From a bacterium (GTDB taxonomy: Bacteria > Bacteroidota > Ignavibacteria > Kapaibacteriales > Kapaibacteriaceae), in contig DAITZZ010000005.1 in NCBI GenBank assembly GCA_036840065.1, forward strand, positions 4,104-68,103: DNA of 64,000 bases. Direction: 5' to 3'. Each line of letters begins with the position of its first letter. Within the stretch, counting starts at the first letter, position 1. The position numbers and the translations under genes are program-made. Below are positions 8,136 to 17,530 of the stretch, in pieces. A model generated the notes under the pieces. That model ran no database searches and was not told the origin of the DNA. It saw only the letters and a program-made list of their open reading frames with translations.

Positions 8136-9611
8136 TTACTCTACTTCGTTTTCAGTGGACTCGTCCGAAGCCTCTTCGGTCTCGGTCGATTCCTCTACTT
8201 CCATCTCGTACACTTCCGGTGTGTCCTCGGCGTACGACTCGGCAATGTCCGCATCGGCATCCGATGGTGCCGGCGTCAGCAACGCAACGGCAGCATCTTC
8301 AAGAGCGATGAGGTAGTGTTGATCTTCGCGCTCTTCGAACTCTTCGAGCATGATGCGACGCACTCGCACGATCCGATCCTTCTCCATGATACCCAGCAGC
8401 ATTGCTGGCTCTGCCTCGAGAAACTCGCGAGCCGTATCGATGCCCGCACGGATCAGTCGGTCAAACAGATCGCGTCCCAACTCATCACGGAATTCGATGA
8501 GTTCGATGTCCTCCGCCCCTTCCTTGACAAGCGACAGGGAGTAGCCGGTAAGCTTTGATGCAAGACGCACGTTCTGGCCCTGCTTGCCAATGGCCAGCGA
8601 AACCTGATCGTCGGGGACGATCACGGTGGCTGCACGACCGTCTTCGCTGATGGTCACGTCGCGGACCTTCGCCGGTGACAACGCACGAGCGATGAACAGA
8701 CGCGGGTCGTCGTGGAACTCAATGATGTCGATGTTTTCGTTGCCCAGCTCACGTACGATCGAGTGAATACGGATGCCCTTCATGCCGACGCATGCGCCGA
8801 CAGGATCGACCCGTTCGTCGAACGACGTCACGGCAACCTTAGCACGCTCGCCCGGTTCACGCGCGATGGCGCGGATCTTGATGATTCCGTCGAAGATCTC
8901 GGGAATCTCCTGCTCGAACAGCAGCGCCATGAACGAATCATCAGCTCGCGACAGGATAAGGTCGGGTAGCCCCGTGGCACCGCCGGATCGACGCACTTCC
9001 TTCAGGATGGCCTTGACCTGCTGATTCTTCTTCAGACGCTCGGTCGGGATCTGCTCTTCGCGCGGAAGACGCATTTCGACCTTGTTGTGCATCACGAGAA
9101 TGTTGTTCGGACGAACCTGGTAGATCTCGCCGATGATGACCTCGCCTACGCGCTTGGAATACTCCTCGTAGATGTTGTCCTTCTCAACGTCGCGGATTCG
9201 CTGGTTGAGATTCTGAATCGCCTGAGCGATCAGTCGACGGCCGAACGAATCGGCAATATTCTCGAGTGTGATTTCCTCAATGTGTTCATCGCCGATTTCG
9301 GGCTCATTGCCCGTAACCTCACGAACCTCTTCGGCAGAGATCTGCAATTCAGGATTCTCCACCTCTTCGACGATCTCGCGCATGAGGTAGATCTCGATGT
9401 CGCCCTTTTCCATGTTCACGATGATGTCGAAGTTGGACTCCAGTCCATACTTCTTGCGCACCATCGCCGAAAGGGTCTCTTCAACGATACCCTGCAGAAG
9501 ATCGCGGTCAATGCTCTTCTCCCGGGCCATCTCGTTGAAGGCCTCAATGATGAGCTTCTTGTTGTCGACCTGCTGCTTGACTTTCCGACGTGCCATGTGT
9601 TTTGACTCCAT
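8136..9611 (-). CDS. nusA: Transcription termination/antitermination factor NusA
   Basis: NusA N-terminal domain (LIIEAFNEMAREKSIDRD), S1 (GEVIIGEIYQVRPNNILV), and KH1/KH2 (ACVGMKGIRIHSIVRELGNENIDII, AIGKQGQNVRLASKLTGYSL). The C-terminal tail is strongly acidic. An alternative start lies at 9596. Confidence 0.96.
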   Translation of the reverse strand: MESKHMARRKVKQQVDNKKLIIEAFNEMAREKSIDRDLLQGIVEETLSAMVRKKYGLESNFDIIVNMEKGDIEIYLMREIVEEVENPELQISAEEVREVTGNEPEIGDEHIEEITLENIADSFGRRLIAQAIQNLNQRIRDVEKDNIYEEYSKRVGEVIIGEIYQVRPNNILVMHNKVEMRLPREEQIPTERLKKNQQVKAILKEVRRSGGATGLPDLILSRADDSFMALLFEQEIPEIFDGIIKIRAIAREPGERAKVAVTSFDERVDPVGACVGMKGIRIHSIVRELGNENIDIIEFHDDPRLFIARALSPAKVRDVTISEDGRAATVIVPDDQVSLAIGKQGQNVRLASKLTGYSLSLVKEGAEDIELIEFRDELGRDLFDRLIRAGIDTAREFLEAEPAMLLGIMEKDRIVRVRRIMLEEFEEREDQHYLIALEDAAVALLTPAPSDADADIAESYAEDTPEVYEMEVEESTETEEASDESTENEVE

Positions 9612-9634
9612 GACGGACAGGCTGGGCCTGCCAC

Positions 9635-10099
9635 CTAAAACATGATCATTACCATTGCTTCTGCGACCTCGTCAGCAGGAATGCTGATAAGGGGCTTGGG
9701 CTCCTTCTTCGTTTGTTTGGGCTGAACGTCCAGCCCGTCGTCTCCCGCCCGCTCAAGCACCCCCTCGATGGTGGTGGCATCGGTGCGTTTGACGCGGACC
9801 CAACGTCCGATGTGCTTGCGGAGCTGCCAGAGATGCTTCACGGGCGTTTCCGCACCCGGCGACGTCACCTCAACCGTCCGCAGACGGCCGGCATACTCGT
9901 TCCCCTCCAGCCGCTCATCAATGCCGCGGCTGACCGACCGGCAGTGGTCGTGCGTCACCCCTTCAACCGTATCGATGATGACGTCCAGAACAAGCTGACG
10001 CGCCTGGCCGCGGATCACCACATCGATGAGCGCAACACCGGCCGCGTCACAGGACTCGGCGATCGCCATCCGGACATGTTCCGGAAGGATCTCCTTCAT
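9635..10099 (-). CDS. rimP: Ribosome maturation factor RimP
   Basis: Canonical position directly upstream of nusA, 154 aa, DUF150-like pattern (VVIRGQARQLVLDVIIDT..GVTHDHCRSVSRGI). A GGAGAGG Shine-Dalgarno-like element sits 1 nt before the ATG. Confidence 0.88.
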   Translation of the reverse strand: MKEILPEHVRMAIAESCDAAGVALIDVVIRGQARQLVLDVIIDTVEGVTHDHCRSVSRGIDERLEGNEYAGRLRTVEVTSPGAETPVKHLWQLRKHIGRWVRVKRTDATTIEGVLERAGDDGLDVQPKQTKKEPKPLISIPADEVAEAMVMIMF

Positions 10100-10128
10100 A
10101 CCTCTCCACGACTAGTTCACGAACACTG

Positions 10129-10161
10129 TAGCACAAACGAAAAGTGGGCGACATCGCCCAC
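10129..10161 (-). terminator. Rho-independent terminator after gcdH
   Basis: Minus strand reads GTGGGCGATGTCGCCCAC (arms 10144..10151 and 10154..10161) followed by TTTTCGTTTGTG, starting 45 nt after the gcdH stop. Confidence 0.7.
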
Positions 10162-10205
10162 CCCTCGAAATCGGCTACAAATATAGGGAACTTTTCCCCA
10201 CCGAC

Positions 10206-11372
10206 CTACGCAAAGGCGTTCTGTCCGGTGATGTCCTGACCCAGGATAAGGGTATGCATTTCATGGGTTCCCTCGTAGGTTTTTACCGATTCGAGGTTGG
10301 CCGCATGACGCATGACGGGGTACTCGTCCAGGATGCCATTGGCACCGTGGATCTCTCGGCTCATGCGCGCAATATTGAGGGCCATTTCGCAGTTGTTCCG
10401 CTTTGCAAGCGACACCTGCTGCGGACGCAGCTGGCCGGCATCCTTGATGCGGCCGAGCCTCCAGCACAGCAGCTGGGCCTTGGTGATCTCATTGAGCATC
10501 AGAACCAGTTTTTCCTGGATCATCTGGAATCCGGCGATGGGCTTGCCGAACGCAATACGTGTTTTTGCGTAATTGAGCGAAGAGTCATAACAGGCCATAG
10601 CCGCGCCGACAACGCCCCAGGAGATACCATAGCGAGCCTGGGTGAGACATGAAAGGGGGCCGCGCAGACCCTCAACACCCGGCAGAATATTCTCGTCAGG
10701 GAGAAACACATCCTGAAACACAAGCTCGGAGGTGACCGATGCACGTAGCGAATGCTTTCCCTTCATCTCGGGAGCGGTAAAACCGGCCATGCCCTTTTCA
10801 ACCAGGAAACCACGCACCACGCCATCGAGCTTGGCCCACACAACAGCCACGTCGGCCAGCGTGCCGTTGGTGATCCACATCTTGGCGCCGTTGAGGATGA
10901 AGCCCCCTTCAACCTTCTTGGCGTTGGTGGACATCGAAGCAGGATTCGAACCTGCATCGGGCTCGGTCAGCCCAAAACATCCGATGGCATCGCCGGCAGC
11001 CAGCCGGGGCAGCCACTTGCGACGCTGTTCCTCGGAGCCGTAGGTGTAGATCGGATACATCACCAGCGAGCTCTGCACGGAAGCAAACGAGCGGATGCCC
11101 GAATCGCCCCGCTCAAGCTCCTGCATGGCCAGACCATAGCAGGTACTGTTGAGTCCGGCACAGCCGTACTCCTGCGGCAGAGTGATGCCAAAAAGACCGA
11201 TCTCGGCCATCTTCTTGACGAGATGCTGTGGGAAGACCCCTTCACGAGCACTCTGCTCGATGATCGGCAGTACTTCGTTGTCAACGAAGTCACGAACCGT
11301 CTGGCGAACTAGCTTCTCTTCCTCGGTCAGAAGCTCGTCGATGTTATAGTAGTCGGGATGCTGGAATGACAT
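10206..11372 (-). CDS. gcdH: Glutaryl-CoA dehydrogenase (acyl-CoA dehydrogenase family)
   Basis: C-terminal KRNNCEMALNIARMSREIHGANGILDEYPVMRHAANLESVKTYEGTHEMHTLILGQDITG closely follows the GCDH signature. GCFGLTEPDAGSNPASM is also present. Confidence 0.9.
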   Translation of the reverse strand: MSFQHPDYYNIDELLTEEEKLVRQTVRDFVDNEVLPIIEQSAREGVFPQHLVKKMAEIGLFGITLPQEYGCAGLNSTCYGLAMQELERGDSGIRSFASVQSSLVMYPIYTYGSEEQRRKWLPRLAAGDAIGCFGLTEPDAGSNPASMSTNAKKVEGGFILNGAKMWITNGTLADVAVVWAKLDGVVRGFLVEKGMAGFTAPEMKGKHSLRASVTSELVFQDVFLPDENILPGVEGLRGPLSCLTQARYGISWGVVGAAMACYDSSLNYAKTRIAFGKPIAGFQMIQEKLVLMLNEITKAQLLCWRLGRIKDAGQLRPQQVSLAKRNNCEMALNIARMSREIHGANGILDEYPVMRHAANLESVKTYEGTHEMHTLILGQDITGQNAFA

Positions 11373-11445
11373 GGTGATAGCCGTAGGGTTGTTAGACGTT
11401 GGAATGTCAGAACAACGAAACTACGGAATGAGTGCCCTTGGACCG

Positions 11446-11453
11446 TAAGTTTG
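11446..11453 (+). promoter_or_regulatory. TAnnTTTG (-7 type) box upstream of kup
   Basis: Exact TAAGTTTG, 51 nt upstream of the kup ATG at 11505. Confidence 0.3.
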
Positions 11454-11504
11454 GAGGCTCCTTCTGACGGGGCCCCAGGTTGTTTCAACATTGAAGCGTC
11501 CGAC

Positions 11505-13406
11505 ATGGACAACGAAACCAAGAGCGGGCATGCCGCCCCGAGCGGCAGTAAGCTCCTTGCTCTGACCATTGCCGCCATCGGCGTGGTGTATGGTGACATT
11601 GGCACCAGCCCCCTGTATGCTCTCAAAGAATGCTTCTCTCCGCACTACGGTCTCACGCCGGGCAGGACCGAGGTGCTGGGCATTCTTTCGCTGATCTTCT
11701 GGGCGCTGACGCTGATCATCTGCGGAAAGTATCTGACAGTCATCCTGCGATTCGACAACAAGGGTGAAGGGGGCGTTCTGGCGCTCATGGAGCTCGCACT
11801 CAAACGCAGCAGTATGTACTCGCGACTTGGGCTGACGGTGGTCCTGGGTCTGTTCGGTGCGGCAATGCTCTATGGCGACGGGATCATAACGCCGGCGATC
11901 TCGGTGCTTTCCGCCGTGGAGGGCCTGCGCGTGGCCGCGCCTGGACTGGACCGGTTTGTTGTGCCGCTGACGCTGCTGATCCTGCTGGGGATCTTCAGCA
12001 TTCAGCGTTTCGGCACCAGCAGCGTAGGACGCATCTTCGGTCCGTTCATGGTGCTCTGGTTTGCCATCCTTGGAGTGCTGGGACTGGTGAATGCCTTCCA
12101 GACACCGGACGTGTTCAATGCGCTCAACCCCATATATGCGGCGGAGTTCTTTGCCCAGCATGGCATTGCCGGTATGGTCGTCCTCGGTAGCGTCTTCCTC
12201 GTTGTCACCGGTGGTGAATCTCTCTATACCGACCTCGGGCACTTCGGACCACGACCGATCCGCTATGGCTGGTTCTTTGTTGCGTATCCTGGACTGGTCT
12301 TGCAGTACTTCGGTCAGGGGGCACTTCTGCTACGTGAGGGCCACATCCCTTCTACCGTTGAAAGCCCCTTCTTCCACATGGTTCCATCATGGGGCGTACT
12401 TCCGCTGGTGATCGTTTCGACCTTCGCGGCCATCATCGCTTCGCAAGCCGTTATCTCGGGCGCTTTCTCGCTAACCTATCAGGCCGTGCAGCTTGGATAT
12501 CTGCCTCGTCTGAAGGTAACCCATACCTCCAGCGAAGAACGCGGTCAGATCTTTATGCCAATGGTGAACTGGACGCTCTTCATCAGCTGCGTGATTCTTG
12601 TACTCTCGTTTAAGACATCCGGCGCTCTGGCCAGTGCCTATGGCATAGCCGTTGTCTCGACGATGGTAACAACGACGATCCTCGGATGGATCGCCATGCG
12701 CAAGGTTTTCGAATGGAACCCCGCAGTTGCCGCATGCATCACCGGCATATTCCTCGTAATGGACCTGGCCTTTGCCTATGCCAACTGGCTGAAGTTCTTC
12801 GACGGCGGGTATGTACCGTTTACCATGGCCGTGGCCACCTTCATTGTCATGGTTACCTGGAGAAGAGGGCGCACCATCCTGCAACAGCGCATCGAGCAGC
12901 GCAGTAAGCCACTCATCGACGTGATCAATGAGGATATCGATCGGTATACGGTCGTTCCAGGAACGGCACTGTACATGACGGGATATAGGGGCATTGCACC
13001 TCCTGCGATGCTCAGCAACCTGAGGTACAATCGTGTACATCACGAAACCATCATCGTGCTAACCGTCAAGGTTGATAGCGGAGCCCGCGTTGCGCGCTCA
13101 GAGCGCTTTGAGATCAAAGCACAACCCAGAGGTGTCTTCGAAGTCACGCTTCACTACGGGTTCATGGATCAATGGGATCTTATGGAGGATCTCAAGTATC
13201 TACCGGAACACGAGGTGCCGGTTGATGTGACGGATGCCATCTTCGTGCTGGGCCATGAATCGCTGACGGTTGAGAGCAGCGAAGACATGGCACGCTGGCG
13301 CAAGGAGATCTTCGTGTTTCTGCATCGCAACTCGAGAACGCCAGCCAAGTATTTCGGCATCCCGGTTAAGCGCACGCTCGAGGTGGGTTCTCATCTGTCG
13401 ATCTGA
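11505..13406 (+). CDS. kup: KUP/HAK/KT family potassium uptake transporter
   Basis: IGVVYGDIGTSPLYALKECF signature, about 12 hydrophobic segments, and a cytoplasmic C-terminal domain. First ATG is at 11505; the ORF-track start at 11451 is a TTG. Confidence 0.95.
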   Translation: MDNETKSGHAAPSGSKLLALTIAAIGVVYGDIGTSPLYALKECFSPHYGLTPGRTEVLGILSLIFWALTLIICGKYLTVILRFDNKGEGGVLALMELALKRSSMYSRLGLTVVLGLFGAAMLYGDGIITPAISVLSAVEGLRVAAPGLDRFVVPLTLLILLGIFSIQRFGTSSVGRIFGPFMVLWFAILGVLGLVNAFQTPDVFNALNPIYAAEFFAQHGIAGMVVLGSVFLVVTGGESLYTDLGHFGPRPIRYGWFFVAYPGLVLQYFGQGALLLREGHIPSTVESPFFHMVPSWGVLPLVIVSTFAAIIASQAVISGAFSLTYQAVQLGYLPRLKVTHTSSEERGQIFMPMVNWTLFISCVILVLSFKTSGALASAYGIAVVSTMVTTTILGWIAMRKVFEWNPAVAACITGIFLVMDLAFAYANWLKFFDGGYVPFTMAVATFIVMVTWRRGRTILQQRIEQRSKPLIDVINEDIDRYTVVPGTALYMTGYRGIAPPAMLSNLRYNRVHHETIIVLTVKVDSGARVARSERFEIKAQPRGVFEVTLHYGFMDQWDLMEDLKYLPEHEVPVDVTDAIFVLGHESLTVESSEDMARWRKEIFVFLHRNSRTPAKYFGIPVKRTLEVGSHLSI

Positions 13407-13414
13407 TAAGCCCC

Positions 13415-14161
13415 TTACAGCTTAAGCTCAAGTCCGGCGGAGATTCTCAGTCCATTTCCGACGAGCCAGCCAACGTACTGCTCCTTTGGTCCACCCACGC
13501 GCGGCGCAGGCACAGGCAGGGTCTCGGGCCGACGCAGAAGATAGGCGAACTCTATCGATAGCCGGCCGAGATCGGTCTGCAGCACCAGCAGTCCGCCGAC
13601 CTGGGCACCGCCGCCGACCTGGGAGGCGTAGGACGTCGATACACGGTCGGGAATCTGCCCGCGGTCACCCTGGAGAATACGCGTGTAATCGTCAACCTGA
13701 TCGGCCGAACTCAGATAGTCGGCCATTGCGCCAAGCTGTAGGCCTATGTAGGAACCCGCCGAGTCAAATCGCGCCATCGGAATGCGCAGGGCAGCACTCA
13801 GCTCCAACGCTGAGGTCGACAGTGAAGACACGACGACCGGTCCGGAGATGGGATTCTCGACCACCTGGAGCGTGCCGCCTCCGCCGGGAAAGGTGCTCCG
13901 TGCAAAGCGGGAGGTAAAGCCCCCTTCCTCCTGACGCAGGCCGAACGTGCCGACAAGTTCGAGTCCCTTTCGCAGGGTCGTCACGACACGTCCGCCATAG
14001 AAGACGCGGCTCGGTTCACCATACGCCGAAACATCAGATCGCGATGAACCGGCAACTGTCGAGCCGATAGTAAGGCCAAGGTAGGTCTGGCCGAAAACAG
14101 ACGACGTCGCGATCATGAAGACCATGATCGCGACGCCGATGAAACGTTCTGCGGTATTCAT
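13415..14161 (-). CDS. Outer-membrane beta-barrel protein (OMP_b-brl_2/PorT-like, unverified)
   Basis: Signal peptide MNTAERFIGVAIMVFMIATSSVFGQ, then alternating amphipathic strands rich in G/S/T/Y. It starts 19 nt after the htrA stop on the same strand. Confidence 0.6.
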   Translation of the reverse strand: MNTAERFIGVAIMVFMIATSSVFGQTYLGLTIGSTVAGSSRSDVSAYGEPSRVFYGGRVVTTLRKGLELVGTFGLRQEEGGFTSRFARSTFPGGGGTLQVVENPISGPVVVSSLSTSALELSAALRIPMARFDSAGSYIGLQLGAMADYLSSADQVDDYTRILQGDRGQIPDRVSTSYASQVGGGAQVGGLLVLQTDLGRLSIEFAYLLRRPETLPVPAPRVGGPKEQYVGWLVGNGLRISAGLELKL

Positions 14162-14180
14162 CCAGAAATCTACGGGAGAA

Positions 14181-15743
14181 TCACAACTCAGGCACTTCCA
14201 CCGTAATGGCCTGCTTGGATCCGTCCGCATCCTTGACGACGAACATCATGCCGTCACCGGCCTGCTTGGCCGTGATGACGCGCTTGAGCTGAGCAGGCGA
14301 GGTCACCTCGCGGCCGTCAGCCTTCAGGATCACAGTGCCCTGACGAAGTCCGCGACGCGCCATCTGTCCGAAACGGTCAACCTTACTGACGTACACACCC
14401 TGCTTGACGTTGAACGTCGAGCGCTGCTCAGAGGTCAGAGCAGCAGCTGTAAAACCAAGCCCCTTGATCGTTACGGGCTCCGTGTCATCGGCAGGTGCTT
14501 CTACCTCGTCATCACGTACAGACTTTGATGCCATGTCTCCACCGTCGGGCGCTTTGAGCTTCACCGTCTTGGTGATCTCACGTCCATCGCGCCAGAGCTT
14601 CAGATTCACCTTATCACCGGCACGACGCAGAACGATCTCGTTCTGCAGATCGCTCGACGTCTTGACGGTCTTGCCGTCCACGTCCAGGATCACATCACCA
14701 ACTTCGATGCCGGCCGATTCAGCGGCACCGCCCTTGACGATCTTGTTGACGCTGACACCGGCAACCTTGGCCAGGCCGACAGCCTTGGCCGTTGCCTCGT
14801 CGACGCTCGTGATCTCCACGCCGATGTATCCACGCTCGATCTTTCCATCATCGATCAGGTCCAGCACAACGCTGCGCACCATATCGATCGGGATGGCGAA
14901 ACCATAACCGGCATTTACACCCGACTGCGAAGCGATAGCCGTGTTGATCCCGACCAGGCTACCGTTGATGTTGAAGAGTCCACCACCCGAGTTACCCGGG
15001 TTGATGGCTGCATCGGTCTGGATGAAATTCTCAGCAGCATAGCGGCTGCGCTGATTGTTCATTTCGTTTGTGCCGACGATGCCGATCGAGCGGCCCATGG
15101 CCGATACGATGCCCGTGGTGATGGTAGACTTCAGTCCGAGGGGGCTCCCAACGGCCACAACCCATTCGCCGATGCGGATGTCCGAGCGCTGCGCCAGATG
15201 CGCAGCAGAAAAGCGACCGTCGATCTTCAGAACGGCAAGATCTGTCAGCGGATCACGTCCGACCAGCTTGGCCTTGTATTGTTTCTGATCTGTTGTGGTG
15301 ACCGTGATGCCCCCTTCCTTGGCATTCTCCACCACGTGGTTGTTCGTTACCACATATCCGTCCGCCGTGACGATCACGCCCGAGCCACCGGCCTCGGATT
15401 CAGGCAGGACCATTTCTTCTTCCCCCTCGGGTGTGCCGAAGTCGGGTCCGAAGAAGCGGAAGAAATCCTGTGGCATGCCGCGCATCGAGACACCCTTGCG
15501 ATCGGTCTTGACGCTGATCGATACCACCGACGGGGTGACGGCCGAGGCAACGTTCACGAACTGATCGTTGAGCATCTTGACGGCCGGAGGGGCCATGGCA
15601 GGGGGCGCCCCTGCCCCTAACTCGACATCGGCAGCAAACAACTGCTCGATGGCGTTACTCGAAAATGTGGTCATGAGGACGACGCCGGCAACAACACCGA
15701 TGCCAATGAGGGCAATGGCGGTGCCGAGAGATCGACGTGACAT
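14181..15743 (-). CDS. htrA: Periplasmic serine endoprotease, DegP/HtrA family, with two PDZ domains
   Basis: Catalytic triad contexts VVTNNHVVENA, DLAVLKI and GNSGGGLFNINGSLVGINTAI, plus two PDZ-like segments. AGGAG lies 7 nt before the ATG at 15743; the ORF extends to 15764. Confidence 0.93.
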   Translation of the reverse strand: MSRRSLGTAIALIGIGVVAGVVLMTTFSSNAIEQLFAADVELGAGAPPAMAPPAVKMLNDQFVNVASAVTPSVVSISVKTDRKGVSMRGMPQDFFRFFGPDFGTPEGEEEMVLPESEAGGSGVIVTADGYVVTNNHVVENAKEGGITVTTTDQKQYKAKLVGRDPLTDLAVLKIDGRFSAAHLAQRSDIRIGEWVVAVGSPLGLKSTITTGIVSAMGRSIGIVGTNEMNNQRSRYAAENFIQTDAAINPGNSGGGLFNINGSLVGINTAIASQSGVNAGYGFAIPIDMVRSVVLDLIDDGKIERGYIGVEITSVDEATAKAVGLAKVAGVSVNKIVKGGAAESAGIEVGDVILDVDGKTVKTSSDLQNEIVLRRAGDKVNLKLWRDGREITKTVKLKAPDGGDMASKSVRDDEVEAPADDTEPVTIKGLGFTAAALTSEQRSTFNVKQGVYVSKVDRFGQMARRGLRQGTVILKADGREVTSPAQLKRVITAKQAGDGMMFVVKDADGSKQAITVEVPEL

Positions 15744-15805
15744 AGTATGCTCCTGTGAATTCATTCGGCCTCAACTGACGAAGAAAATTGTCCTGTATTG
15801 CCCCC

Positions 15806-17365
15806 TTACAGGCGGTTTACAGCAAACCGGACCGGCCGACGGAAGATCTCCTCCATCAGACCCGTGCGGCGCTCCGCGCTCCAGAGCTCAACGTCGGGCA
15901 CCTCACCGAGCACCTTAAGTCCGATCTCGATCCCGGCCTCAGCGGTGCGAACCTCGAGACCATGCACCACGGACTGCTGGCGTCGGTCGAGTCCTTCGGC
16001 AATACGAAGGATCGATGCCAGCACACCCACCATGTGCTGCTCGGAAGAGGTCAGCCCGGCAAAGACAGGGTGCTTTTTCTTTGGGTGACTCTTGCGATGA
16101 TATCTGGCCACCGAGGAGATGAGCACGGTCTCATCGCTCGTGAACCCCGGCATCACACAGTTACGGATGATGTATTCGCTGTGCTTGTGATGCTGATCTG
16201 CGGCAATATGATAGCCGACATCGTGAAGCAGGGCCGCCGCTTCGAGCAGTTCGCGCTCTTTGTCACCCATCCCATGCAGAGGCATCAGATCATCAAACAT
16301 GCGAACGCATAGGTGCTTGACGTGTTCGGCGTGCCGTCGATTCACGCGATAGAGTTCGCAGATATGCAGAACGCTCTGGTAGCGCAGTCGCGACAGGTGA
16401 TGCGTCAGGCCGATGTCGCGGGCCTGTTGAAAGGTGTCGAAAACGATCCCTTCGCGAAGCGCGTATCCGGAGAGCGTGAGCCTGCGAATGCCAAGCCCCT
16501 TGACCAGATGCTCTACAAGCAGTGCACCGGCAACGATCACATCCGCTCGCTTGGCATCAAGTCCGGGCAGGGCCATGCGTTCATCAATGGTCCGTGCCGA
16601 CAGGACCATATCGATGGCACCAAGGATCTCGTCACGATCGAACGTGACGCCGTTGAGGGTTTCCGGCGTTCGCCTGCCCGAACGTGCGAAGACGATCGAA
16701 GCAAGAGCCATGACGGTACCCGAACAGGCAATGGCCTCATCGAAACCGTAGGCGATGTGCGACTGAAAGGCCGGCTGCCACTCACCGCGTATCCATGCGC
16801 GGCAGTCAGCGATCTGCTGGTCATTGATGCGGGAATCCGGAAAGAAGCGCTCGCTAAGACGGATGTGTCCGAGCTTGGCCGAATGAATGTAGACCGGCTC
16901 GCCGTCATGACCGGTTATGGTCTCGGTCGAACCTCCTCCGATATCAAACACGAAGACGCGCTTGTCGGCGATGCTGAGCGCATTGCGCACGCCAAGGAAA
17001 ATGAGACGTCCTTCTTCAATGCCGGGGATCACGTCAATATGAACTCCGGTCTGACGCAGCACCCGGTCAACAAACACATCCTTGTTCAGGGCCTCCCGGA
17101 CAGCACTGGTAGCGATCGCCCGGACGGTTGCGTTGTGCTGCCGTGCCTCTTCAACAAGCCGCACCATGGCCCTCAGGCCACGCTCCATGGCATCATCAGA
17201 GATGCGCTTCATGTCGCCCTTAGACGACCCCAGACGCACGGTGTCTTTCGACCGGGCGTGAATGCGCAGCATGCCTGCATCCGTCACACTGGCGATCACC
17301 ATGTGAAACGAGTTTGTGCCGACGTCGATCGCGGCAATACGGTCAGTTGTAAGGGGGCTACTCAT
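15806..17365 (-). CDS. ppx: Exopolyphosphatase / guanosine pentaphosphate phosphohydrolase (Ppx/GppA) with C-terminal HD domain
   Basis: IAAIDVGTNSFHMVIA and VFDIGGGSTE ASKHA-fold phosphate loops, with HD region LLHDVGYHI. Confidence 0.9.
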   Translation of the reverse strand: MSSPLTTDRIAAIDVGTNSFHMVIASVTDAGMLRIHARSKDTVRLGSSKGDMKRISDDAMERGLRAMVRLVEEARQHNATVRAIATSAVREALNKDVFVDRVLRQTGVHIDVIPGIEEGRLIFLGVRNALSIADKRVFVFDIGGGSTETITGHDGEPVYIHSAKLGHIRLSERFFPDSRINDQQIADCRAWIRGEWQPAFQSHIAYGFDEAIACSGTVMALASIVFARSGRRTPETLNGVTFDRDEILGAIDMVLSARTIDERMALPGLDAKRADVIVAGALLVEHLVKGLGIRRLTLSGYALREGIVFDTFQQARDIGLTHHLSRLRYQSVLHICELYRVNRRHAEHVKHLCVRMFDDLMPLHGMGDKERELLEAAALLHDVGYHIAADQHHKHSEYIIRNCVMPGFTSDETVLISSVARYHRKSHPKKKHPVFAGLTSSEQHMVGVLASILRIAEGLDRRQQSVVHGLEVRTAEAGIEIGLKVLGEVPDVELWSAERRTGLMEEIFRRPVRFAVNRL

Positions 17366-17383
17366 GGCTGATCAATTCGTTGT

Positions 17384-17391
17384 CAAAAATA
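17384..17391 (-). promoter_or_regulatory. TAnnTTTG (-7 type) box upstream of ppx
   Basis: The minus strand reads TATTTTTG, 18 nt upstream of the ppx ATG (17365). Confidence 0.4.
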
Positions 17392-17410
17392 CCATCCCTA
17401 TCTTCCCGAT

Positions 17411-17527
17411 ATGTTCCAGCGCCCATTTATCATCATTGGTACCATCATCGTTGTCGGGATCCTGCTGGCCCCCTACCTGATGGGATTTGTCAGGCGGCTC
17501 TCCGGCAGAACTCCAAAGGATCCGTAA
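17411..17527 (+). CDS. Candidate 38-aa single-pass membrane micro-protein (below the 60-aa cut-off of the ORF track)
   Basis: ATG at 17411 translates MFQRPFIIIGTIIVVGILLAPYLMGFVRRLSGRTPKDP*, a 20-residue hydrophobic helix with a basic C-terminal flank. The TAA at 17525..17527 lies 3 nt before the ATG of the next gene. No homology evidence. Confidence 0.35.
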   Translation: MFQRPFIIIGTIIVVGILLAPYLMGFVRRLSGRTPKDP

Positions 17528-17530
17528 CGC

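Noticed and set aside
10178-10185. TATATTTG box as the promoter of the rimP-nusA-infB operon.
   Set aside because: It is an exact match, but it lies upstream of the gcdH intrinsic terminator (10129..10161). A transcript started there would meet a terminator before rimP. I keep it only as an ambiguous hit, possibly attenuation, and do not list it as a feature.
11371-11448. A 25-codon plus-strand ORF (MVIAVGLLDVGMSEQRNYGMSALGP) in the gcdH-kup spacer.
   Set aside because: It has no hydrophobic helix, no coupling to a downstream start and no recognisable feature. Its ATG overlaps the gcdH start codon on the other strand. It is most likely chance.
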